A DNA stretch of 43,966 nt. It comes from Bacteriovoracaceae bacterium (lineage in GTDB: Bacteria > Bdellovibrionota > Bacteriovoracia > Bacteriovoracales > Bacteriovoracaceae). The notes below the pieces were generated by a model, which was not told the origin of the DNA, made no database searches, and saw nothing but the letters and a program-made list of their open reading frames with translations. The stretch spans positions 1 to 43,966 of the forward strand of contig JBMYPC010000006.1 of assembly GCA_049599895.1 (NCBI GenBank), read 5' to 3'. Below are positions 31,619-41,738 of this stretch, in pieces. The translations under genes were made by a program, and so were the position numbers. Each line of letters begins with the position of its first letter. The first letter of the stretch is position 1.

Positions 31619-31675
31619 CGGAAACCGGATGAGGTTTCCGGCGTCGCAGACGACTAGCATCCGTTGAGGATGCGG
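31619..31675 (+). repeat. Three-hairpin intercistronic element, copy R6 (after rpoA; most divergent)
   Basis: CGGAAACC-GGATGA-GGTTTCCG G CGTC-GCA-GACG A CTA-GCATCC-GTTGA-GGATGC-GG. Confidence 0.85.
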
Positions 31676-31742
31676 TGAAGCGACACTTGAAATTTGATCT
31701 AGAAAGAATTATAAGTGGGGCAGTTATCCCGTGGAGTGAATT

Positions 31743-32096
31743 ATGAGACACCAAAAGAAAAGATACAGAATTGGAACAAACCCGGCGCATAGAACGTCAT
31801 TACTTAGAAACCTTGCGGTTGAAGTAATTGACCACGGGATGATCAAAACAACTCAAACTAAGTGTAAAGCGGTTAGACCATATGTTGAAAAGCTTATCAC
31901 ACTTGCGAAAGTTGATAGTGTTGCTAACAGAAGAATGGCTTTTAAGAAGCTAAATAATAAAGACGCTGTTAAGAAGCTTTTTGAAGTGGCTCCAAAGTAT
32001 ACAGACAGACCTGGTGGATACACACGAATCATGAAGCTCGCTGATAGGAGAGTTGGAGACAACGCTCCTATGGCCTATATAGCTCTTGTCGATTAG
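31743..32096 (+). CDS. rplQ: 50S ribosomal protein bL17
   Basis: MRH, VEKLITLAK, RPGGYTRI, GDNAPMA. Confidence 0.99.
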   Translation: MRHQKKRYRIGTNPAHRTSLLRNLAVEVIDHGMIKTTQTKCKAVRPYVEKLITLAKVDSVANRRMAFKKLNNKDAVKKLFEVAPKYTDRPGGYTRIMKLADRRVGDNAPMAYIALVD

Positions 32097-32122
32097 TTCA
32101 AATCAAAATAATTTGCTATATT

Positions 32123-32153
32123 AAAGCCTCTTCGTAAGAAGGGGCTTTTTTTT
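32123..32153 (+). terminator. Intrinsic terminator ending the alpha operon
   Basis: AAAGCCTCTTC-GTAA-GAAGGGGCTTT then T tract. Confidence 0.9.
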
Positions 32154-32221
32154 GCAAAAAAGGTCATTATAATGATCCCGCCCATTTACGCAGATCGGTT
32201 TTTGCCTTTTGAGAGCTTTTT

Positions 32222-32764
32222 ATGAGTACACAAGCAAAACTTTTTACAATTATTGCGATTCTTTCGATTACATTTCTCTATGCTGATTATGAAAGAAAGA
32301 AGGTTGTGAAGCTTAAAGAGAGCTCGGGAACTTATGTTCTTCAAAACCTTCCAGACTTTGAACTCTCTCCTTTAAAAGATGGGCCAACAAACTCCCTCGA
32401 AGTTTTGAAAAACTCGAACGCGCTTATGGTTCACTTTTGGGGGACTTGGTGTGCTCCTTGTGAGGTGGAGTTTCCTGATCTTCTGACCTTTGCCAAGAAG
32501 CTTGAAGAGAGAAATATTGTTTTTGTTCTTCTTGCTGTTAAAGATGAAAAAAAGAAAGTTAAGAAGTTTCTTAAAAGATTTAAAAAACTTCCTAGAAATA
32601 TCGTTATCTCCGTTCATGAAGACACTAAGCTTATGACTCGATTTGGGACTTTCAAGGTCCCTGAGACTTTTTTATTTGGAAAGTCTGGGAAGCTTCTTCG
32701 TAAATATGTTGGCCCTCAGGAGTGGTTGAATCCTGTTTATTTAAATCAATTGAGTATTTTTTAG
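32222..32764 (+). CDS. TlpA/ResA-family membrane-anchored thiol:disulfide oxidoreductase
   Basis: N-terminal TM; HFWGTWCAPC; VPETF cis-Pro loop. Confidence 0.9.
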   Translation: MSTQAKLFTIIAILSITFLYADYERKKVVKLKESSGTYVLQNLPDFELSPLKDGPTNSLEVLKNSNALMVHFWGTWCAPCEVEFPDLLTFAKKLEERNIVFVLLAVKDEKKKVKKFLKRFKKLPRNIVISVHEDTKLMTRFGTFKVPETFLFGKSGKLLRKYVGPQEWLNPVYLNQLSIF

Positions 32765-33010
32765 CAAAGTTTATCGTTTTCTTTACCACGCATGCGATGT
32801 GTTTTTCGAATCTCCTAATAAACTTCAAACCGTTCATGCCTCTCTATCTCTCTGAAATTCCGTTGAAATCGTCAATTTAGTTTTCAAAAATAGCAAAGAA
32901 TTTTGCTCCAGATGTTTAAGTTTCTATCAGTTTTGCCGAAAAGTTAAACAGATTAGGTTTTAGCAATCTGAAAAACTGAACGAAGTTTAATCAAAATTTG
33001 GAGAGAACAA

Positions 33011-34582
33011 ATGATTAACTGGAAAGAGATAAGCGACCTTCATGTAATTTCAAAGCTTGAAAAGATTCTTGCGAAATGGTTTGGAGTTGAGCAAGTGCTG
33101 ACTGATTCACATTATAAAGTAAGAAGTGGGCATCTTGATAAAGAGCATGCGTTTCACAATCACTTTCTTAAGCTTCAGCTTCAAATTCCTCATGGCTATT
33201 CAATTTTTAGTCAGGATATTGAAAGAGTCACTGATCAATTTCAGAATCAAGACACATCAGTTTGTACATTTGATTCACACTTTAAAGATGTGAAGGGTGT
33301 TTGTGCAAAAGTGATTGTTGATGGTGAATATCTTGGGTCCGTTTTTGCGTATCCTTTCATTATGGATACAGCAACTTCTGAAGATGAAAAAAATATTGTC
33401 GCAAAATTAGTCGAAGCGGGGGCAACAGAAGGGGATGCTCAAACAGCTGTTGCGAATGTTAAAAGGCTTACTCAGAATGATCTTGAATATCTTGTTGAGC
33501 TTGTTGAACTTGCTTCACAAGAGATTGCTGACTTTCATACCGAGATTTCAAAAAGAGAAGATCGAATTCATGAGCTCAACTCAGAGCTTGGTGAGAAATA
33601 TCGTTTCCATTCAATGATTGGTAAATCAAAGAAAATGCAGGTGATCTACAGGCTTCTTGAAAAGGTTTCAGCCACTGATTCAAGTGTTTTCATTCAAGGT
33701 GAAAACGGAACAGGTAAGGAACTTGTGGCCAAGGCGATTCATTATTATTCACATAGAAAAGATACACCTTTTCTTGCTGTGAACTGTTCAGCTTTTAACG
33801 ATAACCTTTTAGACAGTGAACTTTTTGGTCACGTTAAAGGGGCATTTACTGGAGCGGTTAAAGATAAAAAAGGTCTCTTTGAGGCAGCAAATGGTGGGAC
33901 TCTGTTTCTTGATGAAATTGGAGATACCAGTCTTTCGATGCAGGTAAAGCTTCTGCGTGTTCTTCAAGAGGGAACTTATCTTCCTGTTGGGGCAAGTGCA
34001 CCTAAAAGATGTGATGTGAGAATCATTGCTGCGACAAATAAGCCTGTTAAAGAGATGATGGCAAAAGGTGAATTTAGAGAAGATCTTTATTATAGAATTA
34101 ACGTAATTACAGTTGCACTTCCTCCGCTAAGAGAGAGAAAAGAAGATATCTCTCTTCTTATGGATCACTTCTTAAAGAAAAGATGTGATGAGGTTGGGCT
34201 TCCGATGAAGACATTCTCTAAGAAATGTTTAGAGAAAATGCTTGATTATAACTGGCCAGGAAACGTTCGTGAACTTCAAAACGAAGTTGAAAGACTTGTC
34301 GTTCTTGCTGGAGACGATAAGGTCGTAACACCTGATCTTCTAAGCTCTCGGATCTCTGGTTTTGGAGAGTCTAAGCCAGCGGTTGCTCAAGGAATCAATA
34401 CTTCAGGCTCTTTAAAGCAAGCGCTCGAAGAGCTTGAGAAGCTTATGATTAGAGAAGGTCTTAAAAGATGCAACTTCAATAAGTCTAAGCTTTCAAAAGA
34501 ACTTGGGATTTCGAGAGCATCACTTATCATGAAAGTTGATAAGTATGAACTTGATAAGAGAAAGAAAGCGGCTGGGGAATAA
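33011..34582 (+). CDS. Sigma54-dependent enhancer-binding protein with PocR-like sensor and Fis-type HTH
   Basis: [41 protein letters not shown]-terminus resembles PocR (VIVDGEYLG); no receiver domain. Confidence 0.9.
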   Translation: MINWKEISDLHVISKLEKILAKWFGVEQVLTDSHYKVRSGHLDKEHAFHNHFLKLQLQIPHGYSIFSQDIERVTDQFQNQDTSVCTFDSHFKDVKGVCAKVIVDGEYLGSVFAYPFIMDTATSEDEKNIVAKLVEAGATEGDAQTAVANVKRLTQNDLEYLVELVELASQEIADFHTEISKREDRIHELNSELGEKYRFHSMIGKSKKMQVIYRLLEKVSATDSSVFIQGENGTGKELVAKAIHYYSHRKDTPFLAVNCSAFNDNLLDSELFGHVKGAFTGAVKDKKGLFEAANGGTLFLDEIGDTSLSMQVKLLRVLQEGTYLPVGASAPKRCDVRIIAATNKPVKEMMAKGEFREDLYYRINVITVALPPLRERKEDISLLMDHFLKKRCDEVGLPMKTFSKKCLEKMLDYNWPGNVRELQNEVERLVVLAGDDKVVTPDLLSSRISGFGESKPAVAQGINTSGSLKQALEELEKLMIREGLKRCNFNKSKLSKELGISRASLIMKVDKYELDKRKKAAGE

Positions 34583-34608
34583 AAAAAGTAACATTCGGTT
34601 AATGATAT

Positions 34609-34634
34609 AAGGCTCTCGGTTGAGGGCCTTTTTT
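34609..34634 (+). terminator. Intrinsic terminator
   Basis: AAGGCTCTC-GGTT-GAGGGCCTT then TTTT. Confidence 0.85.
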
Positions 34635-34649
34635 ATAGGAAAACTTTCG

Positions 34650-35477
34650 ATGAAAAGCTTTGTCCTGATCTGGGCTTTAATGACATCTTATGTGGGGTTT
34701 TCAATAGAGAAAACGGTAGAGACTGTTTCGTCTGGAGCGGAGATCTTAAAACTTTATAATAAGTCTGCTGAAATCAATAGACAGGCGATCAAAGATTCAA
34801 AGCCTGAAAATTTAACGAATATTGAGCTAACCTGGGATGATGGAGAAAAAACAATACATTATTTTGTTGGATCTAAGCTTGATCCCAATATTGTAGGAAC
34901 TCAGAATCTAACTTTTTTAGGAGCGATAAAAGGACAACATCCGAATAAATCTGAAACAAGGTCAGTTATGCTTTCTGGAGATCAATTAATATGGATCAAT
35001 GAAAAAGGACAATTTTATTCTATAAAAGAGGTTTCCCTTATAGAAGATGTAAACGAACCTGATCTTAAAAATATGCAATACCTTGAGAAAGTATTGTTTG
35101 AAGAGGGAGGGATCACCTCTTGGTGCAAGTATTATTATACTTCTGTTTTTGAGTTTTTCCCTCAAAGAGTGATTGAAGATAAAGGAAAGCGCTTAAGTTG
35201 TTTTGATAAGCCGGTTCTTTTTTGTAAAGCTGATGTTACTTGTGAGAAAGATATTAAGCAGGGAGAAAATCAGACATTTGAAGCTGGAACACTCTATGCT
35301 GTGAGCTGCCTTGCTGATGAAAAGACTGGACAGTGTCCAGCGAACCCAGATAATTGTGTTAATGATTATCCTGTTACTTCTCAGATTTATAATAGTTATA
35401 TGGATGATGGGTATCGATTTGTTGAGGAGGAAAGTCTCCATAGAGAGATCAAAAACAAGACGGAGAGTAAGCAGTGA
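34650..35477 (+). CDS. Hypothetical exported protein with Cys-rich C-terminal region
   Basis: ATG 34650 (SD AGGA) gives a signal-like MKSFVLIWALMTSYVGFS; 7 Cys in the C-terminal half. Confidence 0.8.
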   Translation: MKSFVLIWALMTSYVGFSIEKTVETVSSGAEILKLYNKSAEINRQAIKDSKPENLTNIELTWDDGEKTIHYFVGSKLDPNIVGTQNLTFLGAIKGQHPNKSETRSVMLSGDQLIWINEKGQFYSIKEVSLIEDVNEPDLKNMQYLEKVLFEEGGITSWCKYYYTSVFEFFPQRVIEDKGKRLSCFDKPVLFCKADVTCEKDIKQGENQTFEAGTLYAVSCLADEKTGQCPANPDNCVNDYPVTSQIYNSYMDDGYRFVEEESLHREIKNKTESKQ

Positions 35478-35863
35478 GAGTTTTCGTTTTTGTTATTATC
35501 GCAAGCGTTACAAATGTTTTTTCTGCTGTCGATATGGAAGATCAATTAACAGCTAAAGATCGAAAAGAGCTTGGCAATGTAAAGATTGAACCAGAAGAAA
35601 TCTATAAAGTTCAAAAGTATTTAAAGAAGTCTAAAAAGATTGATTACAAAGACGAAGATGGTTTTAGTATCACCTTTCATTGCTCGAGTAAGAAAAAGCA
35701 AATGAGTTGTGTTCCTCATAAGCTAAGGCCTTATTCTAAGCCAGCGTCAAAAGCAGAGTCGAGCCTTGGGCTTGATTTCACTTCTGATTCAACATCACTT
35801 CCAAGGTTAAGATTGTTTTTTAGTCCTGGGGACACCAACAGAGTGTTGAAATTAGTGGACTAA
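35474..35863 (+). CDS. Hypothetical exported protein
   Basis: GTG start overlapping the upstream TGA (GTGA coupling); hydrophobic N-terminus. Confidence 0.65.
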   Translation: MRVFVFVIIASVTNVFSAVDMEDQLTAKDRKELGNVKIEPEEIYKVQKYLKKSKKIDYKDEDGFSITFHCSSKKKQMSCVPHKLRPYSKPASKAESSLGLDFTSDSTSLPRLRLFFSPGDTNRVLKLVD

Positions 35864-36018
35864 AATTGTAAAAATTCTCTTGTCGTCTAGAAAATTGTCA
35901 GTCTTAAGTGCTCAAAATTAGAGTGGTCAGTAAATGGTTTCTGTGCAGTGAGTTTTACGTATAACTCATAGACTTGCTATCCTTTTCTATCGTTAAAAAT
36001 CAATTGAGGACGTCCTTT

Positions 36019-37560
36019 ATGGATCATTTTGGAACTTGGCAAGGTCTAGAGAAGCGAGCAGAGCTTGGTGGTGGACAAGCACGAATCGACAAACAGCATG
36101 CTCAAAAAAAATATACAGCAAGAGAGAGGATTCAAAGATTATTAGATCCTGGAAGTTTTGTTGAATTTGATAAGTTAGTACTACCAGAGGGGGAAAAGTC
36201 TTTTGAAGCAGATGGCGTTGGTGATGGAGTTGTTACAGGTATTGGTGAAATTAATGGTCAAAAAGTGGCCCTTTATTCTCAAGACTTTACTGTAAAGGGT
36301 GGGTCGCTTGGTCATGCTCACGCAAAGAAAATCTGTAAGATTATGGATTTTGCTCTTAATAATCGAATTCCCATTATTGGTCTCAATGATTCTGGTGGAG
36401 CACGAATTCAAGAAGGAGTTGAGTCTCTTGTTGGTTATGCCGAAATTTTCCAGCGAAATGTGAGCGCCTCTGGTGTTGTCCCTCAGGTTACTTTGATCTT
36501 AGGCCCTTGTGCTGGTGGAGCTGTTTATTCTCCTGCTTTAACAGATTTCATTTTTATGGTTTCAAATACCTCCCATATGTTTGTGACAGGTCCTGATGTC
36601 ATCAAGTCTGTGACCCATGAACAAGTGACAAAAGAAGATCTTGGTGGAGCGAAAACGCATAGTGAAAAATCAGGTCTCGCTCACTTTCATTGCAAAGATG
36701 AAGATGATTGTTTTGAGCGGGTTCGAGAACTTATGATCTTTCTTCCCAATAGTTCATTTGAATACACAAAGAAAAAATATAATTCTGATTCTGTTTTAAG
36801 AAAAACTCAGGAGATCGATGACCTTATTCCAAGTAATTCAAAGCAACCTTACGACATGAAGGCCGTGATTTCATCGATTATCGATGATGGGCATTTTCTT
36901 GAAGTGCAATCAGAGTACGCACAAAATATTATTATTGGATTTGCTTCTGTTGGCGGAATGAAAGTTGGGATTGTGGCGAATCAGCCAATGCACCTTGCAG
37001 GCGTTCTTGATATCGATGCTTCTGTTAAAGCCGCAAGATTTGTTCGCTTTTGTGATGCTTATGATATCCCGATTCTTTCTCTTGTGGATGTTCCCGGTTT
37101 TCTTCCTGGAACTGAGCAGGAGTACAGTGGAATTATTCGCCATGGAGCGAAGCTTATTTATGCTTATGCGGAAGCGACAATTCCTCTCATTACTTTAATT
37201 ACTCGAAAGGCCTATGGTGGGGCTTATATTGTGATGGCCTCTAAGTTTTTAAGAGCCGATGTCAATCTGGCTTATCCCGAAGCTGAGATTGCCGTGATGG
37301 GGGCTGAGGGAGCTGTAAATATTCTTAAAAGATCTGAGCTTTCAAAGCTTGAGGGGGATGATCTAGAGAAGAGAAGAAAAGAGCTTGTTGACGAGTACAA
37401 CGATGAATATTCCAATCCTTTCAAAGCGGCTTCAAAAGGATTTCTTGATGAAATTATTCGTCCAGAAGACACTCGAAGCCGCATTTATCAGTATCTGAAA
37501 ATGATGAGAAGAAAAGATATTTTGGTTCACAAAAGAAAGCATGGAAATATACCACTATGA
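36019..37560 (+). CDS. pccB: Acyl-CoA (propionyl-CoA-type) carboxylase carboxyltransferase beta subunit
   Basis: DSGGARIQEG, GPCAGGAVYSPA, DVPGFLPG, RKAYGGAY, RKHGNIPL; ATG 36019 behind SD GAGGA. Confidence 0.9.
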   Translation: MDHFGTWQGLEKRAELGGGQARIDKQHAQKKYTARERIQRLLDPGSFVEFDKLVLPEGEKSFEADGVGDGVVTGIGEINGQKVALYSQDFTVKGGSLGHAHAKKICKIMDFALNNRIPIIGLNDSGGARIQEGVESLVGYAEIFQRNVSASGVVPQVTLILGPCAGGAVYSPALTDFIFMVSNTSHMFVTGPDVIKSVTHEQVTKEDLGGAKTHSEKSGLAHFHCKDEDDCFERVRELMIFLPNSSFEYTKKKYNSDSVLRKTQEIDDLIPSNSKQPYDMKAVISSIIDDGHFLEVQSEYAQNIIIGFASVGGMKVGIVANQPMHLAGVLDIDASVKAARFVRFCDAYDIPILSLVDVPGFLPGTEQEYSGIIRHGAKLIYAYAEATIPLITLITRKAYGGAYIVMASKFLRADVNLAYPEAEIAVMGAEGAVNILKRSELSKLEGDDLEKRRKELVDEYNDEYSNPFKAASKGFLDEIIRPEDTRSRIYQYLKMMRRKDILVHKRKHGNIPL

Positions 37561-38999
37561 CAAAAACAACTTCATCGAAAAGAATTTTGATTTTAAATAG
37601 AGGTGAGATTGCCTCACGTATTGGAAAGGCCTGCCGAGAGCTTGGTCATGTGGGAGTGGGTGTTTGGACTGACCGAGAGAGAAACTCGACTCATCTTGAA
37701 TTCTGTGATGAATGGGTTTATCTCGAAGGTGCTCATAATAAAGAAACTTATCTTAATATTGAAAGAATTCTTAATCTTATTAAATCTTATGATATCGATG
37801 CCGTTCATCCGGGCTATGGTTTTCTTTCCGAAAACTATGAGTTTGCTAAAGCTTTAAGCGATAATGGAATTATTTTTATTGGGCCCAGTGCTCAAAGCAT
37901 TGAGCTTATGAGTGATAAGGCCAATGCAAAAAGAGTCGCTGTTGAGGCAGGTGTTCCGGTTCTTCCTGGTTCAGAAGGAATCGTTTCTGATATTAATGAA
38001 GCTAAGAAAGTCTCTCAACAGATCGGTTTTCCTGTTTTATTAAAGGCCACAGCTGGTGGCGGAGGAAGAGGATTAAGAGTTTGTTATAACACTGAAGAGC
38101 TTGAAAAAAATTGGGTGATCTCAAAAAGAGAAGCAGATAAATCTTTTGGTAATGATTCTCTCATCATTGAGAAGTTTGTTGAGAACCCTCATCATATTGA
38201 AGTTCAAATTCTTTCTGACGGAAAAGGCAATGTGTATCACTTCTTTGAAAGAGAATGCTCCATTCAAAGGAAGCATCAAAAAATTGTTGAAGAGGCACCG
38301 AGTCCATTTATAGGAGTAGATGAAACATTAAGAGAAAAACTTTGTCAGAATGCTCTTAAACTTGCAAGGTATGTGAAGTACGACAACATTGGAACTGTTG
38401 AATTTATTCTTGATGAGAATAAAAACTTTTATTTCCTTGAGATGAATACGCGAATTCAAGTTGAGCATACAGTAACTGAAGAGATCACAGGAATCGATCT
38501 TGTAGTTTGTATGATCCAGTCAGCACTAGGGGAAGATATTGGGATTCCTGGGCAGTATTGGATTACGAAAGTGGGGCATTCGATTGAATGCCGGATTTGT
38601 AGTGAAGACCCTATTACGATGATTCCATCCCCAGGGAAACTCACAGCTTTTGAAACTTCATTTCCTCAGGGAACTCGTTTTGATAATTGTCTTTATCGAA
38701 ACCTTGAAATTACTCCTGACTTTGATCCCATGGTGGGGAAACTGGTGACAAAGGGAATTGTAAGAGATGTTGCAATTCGAAAAATGAAAGCAGCCCTCAA
38801 TGGACTTCTCATTGAAGGAATCAAAACCAATATTCCTCTTCATCTTGAAATTTTTGAAAATAAAAAATTTCAAGAAGGAACTTATACAACGAACTTTTTA
38901 GTGAAAGAAGCTCCACAGGAAAAAGTTTCTGATGAAATGGATATGGACCGAATCTTTATTAAACTGGCCGGATTTGAGGCCCGAGAGATGGGGCTTTAA
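37557..38999 (+). CDS. Biotin carboxylase subunit
   Basis: NRGEIA, HPGYGFLSEN, AGGGGRG, ERECSIQR, FLEMNTRIQVEH; ATGA overlap with pccB. Confidence 0.95.
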   Translation: MTKTTSSKRILILNRGEIASRIGKACRELGHVGVGVWTDRERNSTHLEFCDEWVYLEGAHNKETYLNIERILNLIKSYDIDAVHPGYGFLSENYEFAKALSDNGIIFIGPSAQSIELMSDKANAKRVAVEAGVPVLPGSEGIVSDINEAKKVSQQIGFPVLLKATAGGGGRGLRVCYNTEELEKNWVISKREADKSFGNDSLIIEKFVENPHHIEVQILSDGKGNVYHFFERECSIQRKHQKIVEEAPSPFIGVDETLREKLCQNALKLARYVKYDNIGTVEFILDENKNFYFLEMNTRIQVEHTVTEEITGIDLVVCMIQSALGEDIGIPGQYWITKVGHSIECRICSEDPITMIPSPGKLTAFETSFPQGTRFDNCLYRNLEITPDFDPMVGKLVTKGIVRDVAIRKMKAALNGLLIEGIKTNIPLHLEIFENKKFQEGTYTTNFLVKEAPQEKVSDEMDMDRIFIKLAGFEAREMGL

Positions 39000-39001
39000 C
39001 G

Positions 39002-39514
39002 ATGCGATATTATCTTGTTGATAAAAATGATTCAAAAGAATATGTCTTTAATCTTATCGAGTCCATTAGGCATTCTGCAGAGTTAATGGAATTTACCTAC
39101 AATGTCATTAATGAAGGTGAAGTGATTGGAGAAAAGAAAGTTTACATCTGCAAACGAGCCGCTCGTTATTTTGCTTCTTTTGATGGGCAGACTTGGAAGA
39201 AAATTCCAAGGCAAGAAATTCCAGATACTATCGTCAATACCAATAAAGAATTTCATCTTCACAGAGGTTTCAAACCTTCAGGAATCGATAATAATTTAGA
39301 TTCAGGACTTCGAAGCCAAATGCCTGGGAAAGTGACTGACGTTTTTGTGAAGGTCGGACAGAAGATTGAAAAAGGCGATAACCTTCTCGTTCTCGAAGCG
39401 ATGAAAATGGAAAATGTGATTAAGGCAAGTCAGGCTGGAGCTGTTGAAAGAATTAATGTCAAAGCTGGTGAGACAGTGGAAAAAGGTGTCTTGCTTTTGA
39501 GTCTTGAATCTTAG
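39002..39514 (+). CDS. Biotin carboxyl carrier subunit with N-terminal extra domain
   Basis: SQMPGKV...EAMKMEN biotinylation motif. Confidence 0.95.
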   Translation: MRYYLVDKNDSKEYVFNLIESIRHSAELMEFTYNVINEGEVIGEKKVYICKRAARYFASFDGQTWKKIPRQEIPDTIVNTNKEFHLHRGFKPSGIDNNLDSGLRSQMPGKVTDVFVKVGQKIEKGDNLLVLEAMKMENVIKASQAGAVERINVKAGETVEKGVLLLSLES

Positions 39515-39516
39515 TT

Positions 39517-39618
39517 TGGGAGCATGAAAGGATTGAGGCTGCAGCTGAGGAAACTCAAGTACTTGCAGCAGAATTCATGGGCCATGTTGATGAAATTAAT
39601 GAGCTTATTAAAGAATAA
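39517..39618 (+). pseudogene. Possible orphan 3' gene fragment
   Basis: Open frame WEHERIEAAAEETQVLAAEFMGHVDEINELIKE* with host-like codons, no start at its 5' end (in-frame TGA at 39505). Confidence 0.35.
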
Positions 39619-39693
39619 ATGAACCTGAAAACTTTCTAAGCTCCCTTTCAAAAAATCAGTTCTTTTGATATGAGATTCCTAAAAGGAATCCCT

Positions 39694-40080
39694 ATGAAAG
39701 CCAGTATATTTTTAGCACTTCTTTTTCTTTCGACTCTTGCTCAAGCTGCAACTTACAAAATTGCTGAGTTTAATCAGGTTAAAGATATAAATGGCAGGGC
39801 CATGAACTCTCTTCATTGCGGTCAGCAATCAGTTATGTATGATGATGTTTGTCTTGCTCATGCTGGTGAGATGACTCTTGTTCTTCATAGTTACCCAAAA
39901 GGACGAAATGTTATTCGTGAATCAAATGAGAGGATTGAGCCTTCGAAACTAGTCTATAATCAAGATGATTTAAGGCCTTGTACTGAGGATGTGATCCTAG
40001 ATCTAAGACTTGATTATGCGGAAAGCTTTGATAAAAAGCAGTGTTTTGAGATCTATTCAGATGTTTATCTTGTTTATTAA
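39694..40080 (+). CDS. Hypothetical secreted protein
   Basis: ATG 39694 behind AAGGA; signal MKASIFLALLFLSTLAQA; 4 Cys. Confidence 0.8.
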   Translation: MKASIFLALLFLSTLAQAATYKIAEFNQVKDINGRAMNSLHCGQQSVMYDDVCLAHAGEMTLVLHSYPKGRNVIRESNERIEPSKLVYNQDDLRPCTEDVILDLRLDYAESFDKKQCFEIYSDVYLVY

Positions 40081-40229
40081 GTAATCAACCTGTTTAATGA
40101 CAGACCTCTAGTATTTTCAAACGTTTATAATGTAAGAATTGCGCCGCAAGTAATGCCCGAAAGCCTGGTTTTTGCTAGGCTATCTGCCAATTACCAATGA
40201 ATTATTCAACCACGGCAAAGGATTAAGGC

Positions 40230-41738
40230 ATGAAGCGTCATGAGGTACGAGTATACCCTTCAAAAGAACATTTAGCGAAAGAAGATCAACTAGCTTATAA
40301 AATGGCAAAAATGGCAACAGATCCTATCGATCTTGAACCAGCTGTTATCGATATGATTATTAATAGAATGATTGATAATGCTTCTGTCGCAATCGCAGCA
40401 ACAAACAGAAGACCTGTTGCAAACGCGAGATCTCAAGCTCTTTGTTTTGCTAGAAAAGGTGGAGCGAATGTTTTTGGTCTTCCTAATGATCAAACTTTTT
40501 CTCCTGAGTGGGCTGCTTGGGCCAATGGAGCAGCTGTAAGAGAGCTCGACTTTCACGATACTTTTTTAGCGGCTGATTATTCTCACCCAGCTGATAACAT
40601 TCCTGGAATTTTAGCTGTTGCTCAAACTAAGGGAAGAACTGGTGCTGAACTTTTAAGAGGGATTGCTACTGGTTATGAAATTCAAGTGAATCTTGTGAAA
40701 GGCATTTGTCTTCATGAGTGGAAAAAAGATCATATTGCTCACCTTGGAATTTCTGTTGCTGGTGGGATTGGAACACTTCTCGGTCTTGATGTTGATACGA
40801 TTTATCAATCAATGCAACAAGCTCTTCATGTGACGTTTTCAACTCGTCAATCAAGAAAGGGTGAGATCTCAAGTTGGAAAGCTTACGCTCCTGGATTTGC
40901 CGGAAAAATGGGAATCGAAGCAGTGGATCGTTGTATGAGAGGTGAAGGAGCTCCATCGCCAATTTATGAAGGAGAGGATTCAGTTCTTTCATGGATGCTT
41001 TCAGGGAAAGAAGCAAAATACTTTATTGATCTTCCTGAGTGGGGAGAAGCTAAAAGAGCAATCTTAGACACTTATACAAAAGAGCACTCAGCTGAATACC
41101 AATCGCAAGCGCTTATTGATTTAGCGTTTAGAATGCGTGAGAAGATTTCAAACTTTGATGATATTGAATCAATTGTTATCCATACTTCTCATCACACTCA
41201 TTACGTTATTGGAACAGGTGCCAACGATCCTCAAAAAATGGATCCAAAAGCTTCAAGAGAAACTCTTGATCATTCAATCATGTATATCTTCACAGTTGCT
41301 CTTCAAGACGGTGAATGGCATCACGTAAAAAGTTATGCACCAGAGAGAGCGGGAAGAGAAGATACCGTAAGACTATGGCATAAGATTTCAACTCTTGAAG
41401 ATCCAAAGTGGACAGAGAGATATCATGAAAAAGATCCAAACAAGAAGGCCTTTGGTGGACGTGTTGTGATCAAAATGAAAGACGGCTCTGTGATTGATGA
41501 TGAGCTTGCCATGGCAAACGCTCACTCTCTTGGTGCAAGACCATTTCAAAGAGAACATTACATCAATAAGTTTAAAACTCTGACTGAAGGAATTATTTCT
41601 GAAAGTGAATCAAATCGATTTTTAGAAACAGTTCAAAATGTTGCGAAGCTTTCAGGAGATGAACTTCTCAATCTTAACGTTCAGGTGGATAACGTTGATC
41701 TTCTTCATAACGCTCGTGATGAAAGAGGGATTTTCTAA
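40230..41738 (+). CDS. prpD: 2-methylcitrate dehydratase (MmgE/PrpD family)
   Basis: [35 protein letters not shown]. Confidence 0.95.
   Translation: MKRHEVRVYPSKEHLAKEDQLAYKMAKMATDPIDLEPAVIDMIINRMIDNASVAIAATNRRPVANARSQALCFARKGGANVFGLPNDQTFSPEWAAWANGAAVRELDFHDTFLAADYSHPADNIPGILAVAQTKGRTGAELLRGIATGYEIQVNLVKGICLHEWKKDHIAHLGISVAGGIGTLLGLDVDTIYQSMQQALHVTFSTRQSRKGEISSWKAYAPGFAGKMGIEAVDRCMRGEGAPSPIYEGEDSVLSWMLSGKEAKYFIDLPEWGEAKRAILDTYTKEHSAEYQSQALIDLAFRMREKISNFDDIESIVIHTSHHTHYVIGTGANDPQKMDPKASRETLDHSIMYIFTVALQDGEWHHVKSYAPERAGREDTVRLWHKISTLEDPKWTERYHEKDPNKKAFGGRVVIKMKDGSVIDDELAMANAHSLGARPFQREHYINKFKTLTEGIISESESNRFLETVQNVAKLSGDELLNLNVQVDNVDLLHNARDERGIF

Noticed and set aside
2399..31675. Six-copy element as a CRISPR array, intrinsic terminators or a hammerhead ribozyme
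   Set aside because: Copies are dispersed over 29 kb with no spacers or cas genes. None has a U-tract and all are mid-operon. No CUGAnGA/GAAA core is present.
35732..35860. Minus-strand frame (TNFNTLLVSPG...DSAFDAGLE*) overlapping the end of 35474-35863
   Set aside because: About 42 codons, no ATG or clear SD, bounded by a stop; cannot be distinguished from chance, although it may be a remnant.
39524..39622. 32-aa ORF MKGLRLQLRK...
   Set aside because: SD-like GGGAG is only 1 nt from the ATG and codon usage is atypical; the other frame looks more coding-like.
40165..40177. Possible sigma54 -24/-12 promoter (CTGGTTTTTGCT) before prpD
   Set aside because: GG-to-GC spacing is 5 nt rather than the required 10.
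1430..41328. Many 60-175 aa alternative-frame and antisense ORFs in the track (e.g. 4089-4454, 9801-10328, 26150-26578)
   Set aside because: They overlap well-conserved genes and are shadows of strong codon bias; no recognisable motifs.
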